DNA of 64,000 bases from Eledone cirrhosa. Taxonomy: Eukaryota. The DNA is taken from NCBI GenBank assembly GCA_964016885.1, contig OZ024741.1, forward strand, positions 300,390,001 to 300,454,000, in the 5' to 3' direction. The notes under the pieces were generated by a model. It saw only the letters and a list, made by a program, of their open reading frames with translations. It was not told the DNA's origin and ran no database searches. A program made the position numbers and the translations under genes. Shown piece after piece: positions 24,987 to 38,187 of this stretch (the first letter of the stretch is position 1; the number at the start of each line of letters is the position of its first letter).

Positions 24987-26152
24987 AATGCCTTAACAGG
25001 AGAAATAATAAAAACAAATCCCACATCGCCAAACACTAATGCTTTCCACACTCCAGAAACATAGTTATGCACCTGCTTGTACAGTAGAAAATTGGATAAA
25101 CTGTTGAATTCATAGCGAGAAATAACGTTATTCCTGACATTATTATGTCAATAGCTACTGTTTAATTCTCTATTTACAAGAGTGTGCATTTTTTGTCACT
25201 TGTCACAAAGAAAGCACTCACTCGTAAGATGCATCTCGCAAATGTCACTGTGACAAGCACAACTTTGATTGATGTAACGAAGTGCAGTTTTAGATGATGT
25301 CACTATATAGATCTGTGTCGGTTTTTATGAGGAGATTCATCAAATTCGTATTTATTCGCGTCTATATGAAGGAATATAGTTCTAAACAGTAATTGTTATT
25401 ATGAAACTTTATAAGAATACGTTGATATATAATTAATGTGCACATTTCATTATCCCAATATATATTCGTAAGAAATGATTACAACAGCATATAAAACAAT
25501 GAATGAAATGATAAAAAGAAGATTTTCCATAGAAACATGATTAGTTTTTAATGTAGTTTCAGCTAATGATTATTATGAATATAAGAAAGCTGAATGGAAA
25601 TTTTGTTATGTGACTGTTTATTTTTGATTAATCTGCGACTTATTTAGTTTCTGTTTATGTCTAATGAGTTATATTTGTCTAGCACTGCACACTGTTGGTC
25701 GTCATCATTTACATGATCAATGACAAAAGCAAACATTTTGGTGAGCAGATTCAACAATACCTTCAATTGCGTATGCAGCAATAATGAAGGCCCTGGGTTG
25801 GTCCATGATATTCTTGTATGATTCGTTTTAGGCAACGTCAGCTCTCCACAGCTTCCTTGAATGTGAATACTTCCAGTTTGCTTCCAATTCATGCAGGCAG
25901 ATGAGATAATACATTAGTTAACGTTGCTGACATGCAAAAATGTAAGAAAGAAAGCTATTAAATCTTTGTGAAATTTCTCTCGCATGGCACAACTAAACAT
26001 GTCCTCATATGCACCCTTCGGCCGGGAAATATCACAGACACAGCCCACATACTCTCTCTCATCCTTCCATACTCGGAATATTTCAATGCAGCAGTGTTTT
26101 CGAATAATGTGAAATTCTAGTATACATTTTGAACTTCTATCATTATTTATTC

Positions 26153-26340
26153 GGTGAATTGGCAGTATCGGTAGAGGGTTGGACGCCATGCTTTCTAGCA
26201 TAGTTACGTCTTTTTAGAGTCTGAGTTCAAATCCCGACGAGGTTAATTTTGCCTTTCATCCTTACGGGGTCGATAAAATAAAGTACCAGTAATGCACTGG
26301 GTAATTGCTGGCCTTGTGCCTAAAGTAGAAACAATTATTT
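26153..26340 (+). mobile_element. tRNA-derived SINE (MetaSINE-like core)
   Basis: A and B boxes, the core and an (ATT) tail, as in the copy at 14534. Confidence 0.8.
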
Positions 26341-28603
26341 ATTACATAACGGTAATCCTTGGAATTACCTAGGATAACAAAAGGTGTCCAATATAAGTTA
26401 TATACACAGTAATACAATTGAAAGCGTTATAGATATAATTATATTCGTAAAACTACTAACCACTCGCAGATAAAAGAGCAGCCACCATGTGTACTCCGTT
26501 TCCATCTATTTCAAATTGACTTAATACTAATCATTATTCGTGAAAAGACAATATGAATCTCGGTTGTCGGGGCAGGTGTAAAAATTCTGGTTATGATAAA
26601 GTTATTTGTATCTTTCAAAGCTACATTTAAAAATCAGCTAATCTGTTACAAGTTCCACATCATCACCTTCACAAATATGTTTGTGTTTTACATAAATATT
26701 ATTAGCTATTAGCTCATCATTTGGTATACAAAATACTGCGAGAGTCATTGCTCTGCGAGGCGTCTACGCCCTTCCTTACACACTCCGTTTAACTCGCCGT
26801 ACATGCGTTCAATTTTCTTAATAGAAACACTTTCTTTAGCTTTGAAATTCCATTTCTACCGGCAGTTTAACACCACTGTTCATTGTACATCTCCCACGCC
26901 TCGTCGAAAACAACGCAATTTTGCTACTGATTATGGGCGAATTTGAGGACGATATTATAGAATTTTGGGACCTAGTGTGAGATATTATCTTCTGTTACCC
27001 TTAGAATACCATAAATGTGTCGGATTAACAGTGCTTCAGTATTTATTCCTGTTCTGTAACTTCTCAGGCGCATTTTTCGAAATCTGTAAATAAATTACTC
27101 ATTCAGTACTGATGTAAATTGTTCCCCACTTTCTCTCCTCTTCTCTGGAAGAAATTGCTTATTTACTGTACTAGAGAGGGGATGTTCTGTGCTGGTTTTA
27201 GAATGCCCACATTACACATTGTTTCAAGACGGCGCTCAAACGATTCGATCAGAATTTAAGAGCTCACTTATATTTTTCTTCTCTTTAATCATCAGAATAC
27301 AAAACCGTACAATATTAGCTCGAAAAGATTATATGGCCAACTGAATTATTGCTGGTTTTTTTTCTTTTTCTTTTGGTATTCCCTTCCACACAAATATAGA
27401 TGTAACTACTAGTGTGCGCCACCAGTTTTAGCCTTTTTTTACAATTTGGCCTAAACACAACTCTAAATTACTACTTAGTTTTCCCTAGGTGATTATTACT
27501 TGCATATCTAATGTGTACATAAGAGAGAATGAGTATTTGGTAGTATCTCTAGAATTAGTATCTCTCTATGTGACAGCGACGAAAAATGACCCACGGAAAA
27601 TAATAATTACTACTTCAAAGCAAATATACTAAACTCAACGCGACGCCATCGGAGAAAAATAGACCCTTGTTACCCCTTCCCTCAACATGTTACAGAATAT
27701 GCCATCAGTTATATATCAATATCATTACTAAATTTTTTCTTCCTACATAACCTATTGTATTGAGCCCTACATTAAAGCACCAATGAGTGTGTAGATGTAT
27801 TATGCCACCAAACGGCTTACGACTTTGTTTTGCGAAAACTAAACTTCTGGTTATAGAGAGATCTGTGACAACACCCACCATTTCAGGATTTCGTATGGAG
27901 TGCTGGCAAATATGCAATTTGAATAGTGCCATAACTGCGCCAAATAATTTGTACACAACTGAGATATTCATGCCCAGCAGCTGTCAATAATCGTTGTTTC
28001 AGTGAGACAAATCATATTTTGTCATTTGTCCACTCTTTTCACCATTTAGCAGGAGGCGAGTGTGTGTATGTGTGCACATGTATAAGTAAGTGTGGGTTCG
28101 TGTTTGTGTGTGAATGTGCATCAATAAGTATGTGTATGTCTGTATGTGTACATTATTCTACGTTTATTTTTTGTTAGGTTGTCTTGATTTTGATGCCCAA
28201 AGCATTATTCTAATCGTTAAATAAATTAATACAATATCTGTCAAAAAAGTAATTATTTCTTGCTTTTGAACCCGTATCTGGCTCAACGTAATTAATGTTT
28301 TTGTTGGTTTCTGTGTTTTTTGCATTTAATTCATATTTTTGTGTCTAATAATTTTACTATAAATGTATACAATATGAAATCATATAAAAATATAGAAAAT
28401 TAGCATGTGTGGAGATATATTCAAGTTGTTCTCGAAGGAAAGCATAAGAATTAATTTCCAAATGAAAAAGTTATTTTTTCATTTCCTGCCCTCCTTCTCA
28501 TCCTCATCTTCATCTTCTTCTTCTTCTTATTATTATTATTAGTATTTTTATTATTATTATTATTATTAGTATTTTTATTATTATTATTATTATTAGTATT
28601 ATT

Positions 28604-31600
28604 CCTTGAATCTCAGTCATTGATGTTGGTTAACTGGAAAGTCCGTTGGAATGAATATCAAGCCACTACCTGCAGCCTCAGATATTCAGGACGTATCGGA
28701 GGGTTCTTGCTGTTCCCAGCAAGCATGCCTTTTGAAGCGTTCCAAAAAGCGTGAAGGGGCCGATTTTCTTTAACCATCCCTGGAAACTTTTGGAGATAGT
28801 CCCTAGTGCGCCTATGACAATCGGGATCACTTTGAGTTCATGGCAGTTCCAAATCCTTTTCACCTCCCACTTTAGGTCCTGGTATCGGTTAATTTTCTCC
28901 CTCTCCTTCTCTTGCACTCTCGTGTCGAAAGGGCAGGCTACATCCACAATCAGGCACGATCTTTTTTCTTTGTCCACAACCACCAGGTCAGGTCTATTGT
29001 GTTCCAGTTTCTTGTCCGTCTGTATCCTAAAATCCCACAGCACCTTCACCTGATTGTTCTCCATCACCGCCTCTGGCCTATGCTCATACCATTTCTCAGA
29101 ATGTGGTAGATTGTTTACTTTGCACAGGTGCCAGTGGATCACCCTGCCCATCACATCGTGTCTCCAGCCCTTATAGTGGGTCTGGGCTAGGTGTTTACAC
29201 TCGGACACAATGTGAGCCACAGTCTCCTCTCTCTCTCCACAGATCCTGCACAGTGGGCTAGCCTCCTCCTTGTAGATATGGTGCTTCAACCACTTCGTTT
29301 TGAGGGCCTGCTCCTGCGCAGCCATTAGCATTCCTTCTGTAGCCTTTTTGAGGTCTCCTCTTCTCAACCAGTTCCATGTCTGTGGATCTCTAAATTCAGT
29401 TTTCTCAAAGAAGGTACTATGAAGGGGTTTTCCCTTAAGGCTGCTCTTCCTCCTTGATGTTATTTCTTCCCTGGACATCCCCTGGCCTACTGTCCCCTCC
29501 TTCAGTACAGTTCTGAGCATTGGCTCCTTACTATAGGTCACGTATTTGTATAGGTTGTTTTTCTCCATCTGAACACAGTCCTCTATGCTGATAAGACCTC
29601 TTCCACCCTCAGATCTCCTTAGGTAGAGTCTATCGACATCACTCCTCTTGTGGAACATGTTGTAGATAGTCAATAGCTTCCTAGTCTTCCTATCCATTTC
29701 TTTCTGTTCAGCAACATTCCATCTCAGAATTCCCGCACTGTACCTAATAATAGACACAGCTCGGGAATTTACTGCGCTTATGGCATTTCTGCTGTTCAGA
29801 TGTGACTTCAATACGCTCCTTACTCTCCGAATGTATTCAGTTCTTAACAATTCCTTCATTTTTTTGTTCTTTATGCCATCAGCCTCCAGAACGCCCAAAT
29901 ACTTGTATCCTTCCTCAGAGTCAATTTCCTTTATCATCTCACCTGTTGGTATCTGGATCCCGTTACTTCTGCTCAACCTACCCCTCTTCATCACAATGAC
30001 TCCACATTTACAAATACCAAACTGCATACATATATCACTGCTGAAAATACGGACAGTGTCAACAAGCACATCCAACTCCTTCTCACTTTTCCCGAAGAGC
30101 TTAAGATCGTCCATGAAGAGGAGGTGATTGATGGTAAGCTCTCCCCTTCTCAACTTGTATCCTGCTCTCACTTTTCGCAGCATAATGGTCAAGGGCATCA
30201 GGGCAAGGACAAACAACAGAGGGGACAGGCTATCTCCCTGGAAGATACCTCTCTTGATCTTCACGCTTCCCAAGGATACTCCAGTTGATGTCAACTCTGT
30301 CTCCCAGGACCCCATACTCCTGCCTAGCAACTGTCTGATGTTATCTGCCACCCTGAAGATCTCCAGGCTTTTGGTGATCCAGGAATGAGGCACCATGTCA
30401 AATGCCTTTCTGTAGTCTATCCATCCCATGGCAAGATCAGTGTGTCTCCTCCTGCAATTCCCCATTACCATCTTATCAATAAGCAACTGGTCCTTTGTAC
30501 CACGTGACTTCTTCGGCATCCTTTCTGTTCGTCCGGTAACAAGTTGTTTGTGTGGAGGTGATGGTAGATTTCCTCAGACACAATGCTCGTCAACAGTTTC
30601 CACATTACGGGCAGACATGTGATAGGTCTATAGTTGGTAGCATCATTACCCTTGATTCGGTCTTTCATTATCAGAACTGTGGTACCTTTTGTCAACCACT
30701 CTGGCACCTCACCCGACACCAAGCAGTCATTGAACATGGCCGTCAGCTTCGGGTGGAGGGATGTTAAATGTTTAATCCAATACCCCTGCACACCATCTGG
30801 GCCTGGTGATTTCCAGTTGGTTAGTTTTTTGGCTTGCCCCTTAAGAGTTTCAACTGTGATACTCAAATCAGTCTGTTGCTGTGCCTGCTCACCGATCTCC
30901 CTCTGTACTGTCTCAATCCACCCTGCCTGGGCATTGTGTCTAACATCCTGCTCCCATATTCCTCTCCAGAATGTTTTAGTTTGCTCCGCCCCAGGGATCA
31001 AGTCGTTGCCTCTTTCTTTGCCCTCAAGCTGTCCAAACAGCATCTTCTAGTTGTTGTCGAACATGCGGTTCTGTTTATACTGACTGACTCTGTTCTCGTA
31101 TCGCCTGATTTTTGCACTCTTTGCTACAATGCGTTGCTTCAATTCCTCTATGATAATATTTAGCTTTTTACTCCTAGTTTTGTATTTTATTTCCAGTCTA
31201 TTTTTAGTGCCTATGTTTTTTAGTGTCCCATTCAGTAGTGACTCAAGCTTTCCTATGTCATTTCTCATTTCCCCGATTTGCCCACTCAGTCGCCTCTTCC
31301 ACCACGGCTCTGCTCTTTCTTGTCTGTTGTTTCCTCTCGCTTTTATACCAAGTAGTTTCCTCACCGTATTTGCTGTTGCTCTGAGGATATTGTTGCACTG
31401 GTGAAGGCTCCTCGCCTCAAGGTATGGGATGACTTTGTTTACCTTAGCTGTTGTTTCTTTTAACTTTTTCCTGTCTACAAATCTTAGGTTCATAGGTCTC
31501 CCACTATCATTGTTCAATTCATCTACCACTAAATTTAGGATGTCAACCGAATCTTGTCCTAGCCCGTCAGCATTCATCCCCTCAGTGGCCGTATCTCTGT

Positions 31601-33141
31601 TCCAGGTATTATTTATCTCAGTACTCAGATCATTGTCTGCTTCGGGTGGTTCCTCCGTTCTCAGGACCTCCTCACCTTCATTTCCCACCGGCTCGCTTGT
31701 CTGGCATACTACACCCGCCATCTCCAAGCCATTCTCTCTGCTCAGTTCCTCCAGTTCCAGCTCGCTTATCCACCCATTAGTTCTTATTACCCGAGCCTGC
31801 CCGGCCAATTTTTGTTCATCTAATTTAAATAAACCAATCTCGTTCCAGATGTTATGCATCCGTCTCCTGTAGCCCCTCTCCTTGGGGTTACTTTTCAGGT
31901 AGCATTGCATAACAGTTCTATTCAATTCTTTCGTCCAGTTGGTTCTGGCCCCTTTCCTTCTTCTCCTTCCTCCAACATCAGCAGTATTTGGTTGACAGTC
32001 AGGTTCCTGCTGCTGAGCCAGGGGGCACCTGTTGGGTGAGAGTCTGTCACATGACGTTCTAGTCTCCATTTCACCGTTATTCGAACTGTTTATGTTCGAT
32101 ATTTAAACACTCTTATCGAGGATTGGCGAATGTATATTTACATAGCCATCTGTGGATCCGCCATCCCACTTGGCCCTTGTGTGGCATTATCACCACGATG
32201 TATACGAACACACATAAACAAACAAACACACAGGCAGAAAGGGCCCCAAAAATGAATAAGCATAAGTTTCATTGTAATGTAGTGTTCGAATGTCTGACTT
32301 AGTTTTATTTTTTAAGTTTTACTTTTTCCCCCCTCTTCTCTGTCCGTCCGCCTGCTTCTCTCTTCATTCTTATTTTCTTTACGTTTTTGGGGTTTCTTTT
32401 TTTTGTTTTTGTTTTTCTCTGTTTGTTTTTCTCGTTTTTTGCTGTTGTTGCTGTGCTGCTTTAGTTTTGTTGTTTGTTTTTTCTTTTTTCTTTTGGGTCT
32501 ATCTATATATTTTGATGCCTTCCTCTTTGTTAGTAGTAGGAATTCTATAATGTGGAAATAGCAGCCAGCAGGGAAGTGGGAGACTGGCGGCGCCAGCGAT
32601 ACTGAGACAGTGGTGGTGGTGATGTCGATACCGAGGCAGCGGTGGCGGTGATGTGACCGTATTACTGTAGTGATGGTGCTGTAGCGGAGTCAAGGGGTGG
32701 CGGCGGCGGTGATGGGATAGTGGTGGCAATGATGGCCGTAGTGAGCGGTGGCGGTGAAGGTGAAAATGTGTCGTTATCTGGCTGTTGTGTTTAGTGTACA
32801 CAGATGATGGGGTGGGTGGTGTATCTAGTTTCTGGTGTTGGTGAGTTTAGCTGTCCTATATAGTGTAGCCAGAGGAGAGGAGGGGAGGGGTTCTTCTTCC
32901 ATTTATAGCCATTTTTTTTTTTTTTTTTTGGATATACAGTGTACAATACAAAGTTGAATATTTGAATATTTGAGCCTTATAACAATATATTTTGGGTCCG
33001 AATTTTTTGGGGCTCAAGCCGGGTGCTTTACGTAGCATTTGTACTAAGAGTTGTTATTTCACAAATGGTTTAAATATGTTAAAAATTCAAAACTTACGGG
33101 AGCGATTTCATGACCTCCGTCACCTCGTGCGTCTTCTTCCC
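28604..33141 (-). mobile_element. R4/Dong-type RLE retrotransposon, family 1, full-length copy 1 with a ~1-kb 5' extension
   Basis: Flanked by (TAA)n on the sense strand. The single ORF has an N-terminal W..ELN..VMQCY..GYRRRM..W domain, RT, CCHC and RLE. Confidence 0.93.
28678..32069 (-). pseudogene. RLE family 1 ORF (about 1130 aa when reconstructed): RT, zinc finger and PD-(D/E)xK endonuclease
   Basis: KSPGPDG, NYRPITCL, IDYRKAFD, GIFQGDSLSPLLF, FMDDLK and YKYLG motifs. There is a stop at 31047 and a 1-nt deletion near 30510 relative to copy 4. Confidence 0.9.
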
Positions 33142-33212
<71 letters not shown>

Positions 33213-33219
33213 GTTATTA

Positions 33220-36200
33220 CTTTTTGAGTCTCAGTCATTGATGTTAGTTAACTGGAAAGTTTGTTGAGATGAATATCAAGCCACTACCTGCAGCCTCAGA
33301 TATTCAGGACGTATAGGAGTGTTCTTGCTATTCCCAGCAAGCATGCCTTTTGAAGCGTTCCAAAAAGCGTGAAGGGGCCAATTTTCTTTAACGATCACTG
33401 GAAACTTTTTGAGATAGTCCCTAGTGCGCCTATGACAATCGGGATCACTTTGACTTCATGGCAGTTCCAAATCCTTTTTACCTCCCACTTTAAGTCCTGG
33501 TATCGGTTAATTTTCTACCTCTCCTTCTCTTGCACTCTCGTGTCGAATGGGTAGGCCACATCCACAATCAGACACGATCTTTTTTCTTTGTCCATAACCA
33601 CCAGGTCAGGTCTATTGTGTTCCAGTTTCTTGTCCGTCTGTATCCTAAAATCCCACAGTACATTCACCTGATCGTATGGCTTATGCTCATACCACTTCTC
33701 AGAATGTCGTAAATTGTTTACTTTGCATAGGTGCCAGTGGATCACCCTGCCCATCACATCATGTCTCCAGCCCTTATAGTGAGTCTGGGCTAGGTGTTTA
33801 CACTCGGATACAATGTGAGCCGCAGTCTCCTCTCTCTCTCCACAGATCGTGCACAGTGGGCTAGCCTCCTCCTTGTAAATGTGGTGTTTCAACCACTTCG
33901 TTTTGAGGGCCTGCTCCTGCGCAGCCATTAACATTCCTTCTGTAGCCTTTTTAAGGACTCCTCTTTTCAACCAGTTCCATGTCTGTGGATCTCTAAATTC
34001 AGTTTTCTCAAAGAAGGTACTATGAAGGGATTTTTCCTGAAGGCTGCTCTTTCTCCTTGATGTTATTTCCTCCTTGGACATCCCCTGGCCTATTGTCCCC
34101 TCCTTCAGTACAGCTCTGAGCATTGGCTCCTTACTATCTGAACACAGTCCTCTTTGCTGATAAGACCCCTTGCACCCTCAGACCTCCTTAAGTAGAGTCT
34201 ATCGACATCACTCCTCTTGTGGAACATATTGTAGATAGTCAATAGCTTCCTAGTCTTCCTATCCATTTCTTTTTGATCAGCAACATTCCATCCCAGAATT
34301 CCCGCACTGTACCTAATAATAGACACAACTCTGGAATTTACTGCACTTATGGCATTCCTACTGTTCAGATGTGACTTTAATACGCTCCCTACTCTCCGAA
34401 GGTATTCAGTTCTTATCAATTCCTTCATTTTTTTGTTCTTGATGTTATCAGCCTCCAGAACGCCCAAATACTTGTATCCTTCTTCAGAGTCAATTTCTTT
34501 TATCATCTCACCTGTTGGTATCTGGATTCCGTTATTTCTGCTCAACTAACCCCTGCTCATCACAATGACTCCACACTTACTAATACCAAATTGCATACAT
34601 ATATCATTCCTGAAAATACGGACAGTGTCAACAAGCACATCCAACTCCTTCTCACTCTTTCCGAAGAGCTTAAGATCGTCCATAAAGAGGAGGTGATTTA
34701 TGGTAAGCCCTCCCTTTCCCAACCTGTATCCTGCTCTCACTTTTCGCAGTACACTGGTCAGGGGCATCAGGGCAAGGACAAACAACAGAGGGGACAGACT
34801 ATCTCCCTGGAAGATACCTCTCTTGATCTTCACGCTCCCAAGATTTCTCCAGTTGATGTTAACTCTGTTTCCCAGGACTTCATACTTTTGCTTAAGAACT
34901 GCCTGATGTTATCTGCCACCTTGAAGATCTCCAGGCTTTTGGTGATCCAAGAATGAGGCACCATGTCAAATGCCTTTTTGTAGTCTATCCATCCCATGGC
35001 AAGACCAGTGTGTCTCCTCTTGCAATTCCTCATTACCATCTTATCAATAAGTAACTGGTCCTTTGTACCACGTGACTTCTTTCGGCATCCTTTCTGTTCG
35101 TTGTTTGTGTGGAGGTGATGGTAGATTTACTCAGACATAATGCTTGTCAACAGTTTCCACATTACGGATAGACATGTGATAGGTCTATAGTTGGTAACAT
35201 CATTACCCTTGATTCGGTCTTTCATTATCAGAACTGTGGTACCTTTCGTCAACCACTCTGGTACCTCAACTGACATCAAGCAGTCATTGAACATGGTTGT
35301 CAGTTTCGGGTGGAGAGATGTTATGTTTTTAATCCAATACCCCTGCACACCATCTGGGCCAGGTGATTTTCAGTTGGTTAGTTTTTTGGCCTGCCCCTTA
35401 AGAGTTTCTACTGTGATACTCAAATCAGTTTGTTGGCGTGCCTGTTCACTGATCTCCTTCTGTACTGTCTCAATCCACACTGCCTGGTCATTATGCTTAA
35501 CACCCTGCTCCCATATTCCGCTCCAGAATGTTTTAGTTTGTTCCGGCTCAGGGGTCAAGTCGTTGCCTCTTTCTTTCCCTTCAAGCTGTCCAAACAGCAT
35601 CTACTGGTTGTTGTCGAACATGCGGTTCTGTCTATACTGGCTGACTCTGTTCTCGTATTGCCTGATTTTTGCACTTTTTGCTACAATGCGTTGCTTCAGT
35701 TACTCTATGATAATATTTAGCTTTTTCCTCCTAGTTTTGTACTTTATTTCCAGTCTATTTTTAGTGTCAATGTTTTTTAGTGTCCATTCAGTAGGGACTC
35801 AAGCTTTCCAATGTCATTTCTCATTTCCCTGATTTGACCACTCAGTCGTTTCTTCCACCAAGGCTCTGCTCTTTCTTGTCTGTTGTTTCCTCTTGCTTTT
35901 ATACCAAGTAGTTTCCTCACCGTATTTGCTGTTGCTTTGAGGATATTGTTGCACTGGTGAAGGCTCCTCGCCTCAAGGTATGGAATGACTTTGTTTACAT
36001 TAGCTGTTGTTTCTTTTAACTTTTTCTGTCTACAAATCTTACGTTCATAGGTCTCCCACTATCATTGTTCAATTCATCTACCACTAAGTTTAGGATATCT
36101 ACCAAATCTTGTCCTAGCCCGTCAGCATTCATCTCCTCAGTGGCCGTATCTCTGTTCCAGGTATTATTTATCTCAGCATTCAGATCATTGTCTGTTTCGG

Positions 36201-38103
36201 GTGGTTCCTCCGTTCTCTCGACCTCTTCACCTTCATTTCCCACTGGCTCGTTTGCCTGGAATACTCCACCCTCCATCTCCAAGATAATCTCTCTGCCCAG
36301 TTCCTCCAGTTCCAACTCGCTTATCCACCCATTAGTTCTTATTACCCGAGCCTTCCCGGCCAGTTTTTGTTCATCTAATTTAAATGGACCAATCTCGTTC
36401 CAGATGTTATGCATCCTTTTCCTATAGCCTTTCTCCTTGGGGTTACTCTTCAGGTAACATTGCATAACAGTTCTATTCAATTCTTTCGTCCAGTTGGTTC
36501 CCGGTCCCTTTCCTTCTTCTTATTCTTCCGACACCAGCAGTATTTGGTTGAGAGCCAGGTCCCTGCTGCTGAGCCAGGGAGCACCTGTTGGGTGAGAGTC
36601 TGTCACATGACATTCTAGTCTCCATTTCACCGTTATTCGAACTGTTTAGGTTCGACATTCAAACACTCTTATCGAGGATTGGCGAATGTATGGTTACATA
36701 ACCACCGGTGAATTACTTGTCTCTGGTGGTTTCGTCACTCCACGTGACTTTTGTGTGGCATTATCACGCTGTAGACGAACCCAAACAAACAAACAAACAG
36801 GCAGAAAAAACCCCAAAATTGAATAAGCATAAGTTTCATTGTAATGTATTGTTTGAATGTCTGACTTAGTTTTTCCCTTCCCTTCTCTGTCCGTCCGTTT
36901 CTTTTTCTCTTCATTTTTATTTCCTTTACGTTTTTTTTGTTGTTGCTGTGCTGCTTTGATTTTGATTTTTGTTGTTTTTTTTATTTGATTTTGACCGGGT
37001 CATCAATTCAGTCTATTTATATATTTTGATGTTTTCCTCTTTTAGTGGGAATTCTACAATGTAGCAGCGGATAGCGGGAGAGAATAGCGGCGGTAGTGAT
37101 ACTGAGGCAGCGGCAGCGGGGTGGAGGGTGGCGGTGCTGTGCCAGCAGCAACTAGCAGGAGGTAGTGGGAGGGAATAGCGGCGGTAGCGATAGTGAGGAA
37201 GCGGTGGTGGTGATGTGGTCGTATTACTTTGTTAAAACTAAAACTTGATTTTGATTATTGTTTTTTTATTTGTTTTTTTTTTGATCGGGTCATCAATTCA
37301 GTCTATTTATATATTTCGATGTTTTCCTCTTTTAGTGAGAATTCTACAATGTAGCAGGGGGTAGCGGGAGAGAATAGCGGCGGTAGTGATATTGAGGTAG
37401 CGGCGGCGATGGCGGTGCTGTGCTAGCAGCAACTAGCAGGAGGTAGTGGGAGAGAATAGCGGCGGTAGCGATAGTGAGGCAGCGGTGGTGGTGATGTGGT
37501 CGTAGTACTGTAGTGATGGTGTTGAAGTTGGAGTAGAAATTTGAGTCGACTTGACCAGAGTTTTCATCGTGGTAGTGGTGTTGGAATTGGTGGTGAAATG
37601 ATCTTTAGTGAAATTATCGTTAGTCGCGTGTATGTGTTGACATTTATTGGAATTAAACATTTTGTTAAAACTAAAACTTGAGGCAATAGTAATAGTAATT
37701 ATTATTATTATGTTGAGATTGGTGGTGGTGGTGGTGGTGAAATTGCCGTTATCGGGCTGTTGTGTTTAGTGTACACAGAGGGGTGATGGGGTAGGTGGTG
37801 TATCTAGTTTCTGATGTTGGTTAAATTGCTGTTATTTGGCTGTTCTATATAGTGTAGACAGAGGGGGTTTCCTTCCATTTATAACCATTTTCTTTTTGAA
37901 TATAAAATGTATAATACAAAATTGAATATTTGAGCGATATAACAATATATTGTGGATCCGAATTTTTTGGGACTCAAGCTGGATGTTTTATGCAACATTT
38001 GTACTAAGAATTGTTATTTCACAATTGATTTAAATATGTTAAAAAATCAAAACTTTCGGGAGCGATTTCTCGACCTTCTATCCACCATCTGTGTCTTCTT
38101 CCC
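33220..38103 (-). mobile_element. RLE family 1, full-length degenerate copy 2 with 5' extension
   Basis: Collinear with copy 1 including the extension; many stops and frameshifts; (TAA)n flanks. Confidence 0.9.
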
Positions 38104-38114
38104 TTATTCTTCCC

Positions 38115-38179
<65 letters not shown>

Positions 38180-38187
38180 ATTATTAT

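Noticed and set aside
25644-27990. Short ORFs (25644-25892, 27705-27971, also 62422-62616) as possible host exons
   Set aside because: No recognisable domain or consistent splice structure; RNA-seq or a homology search would be needed.
36700-36760. Hammerhead in the RLE leader (stem-GAAA-stem)
   Set aside because: There is no CUGANGA, and copy 1 has GGAT instead of GAAA. It is kept only as a generic structured RNA.
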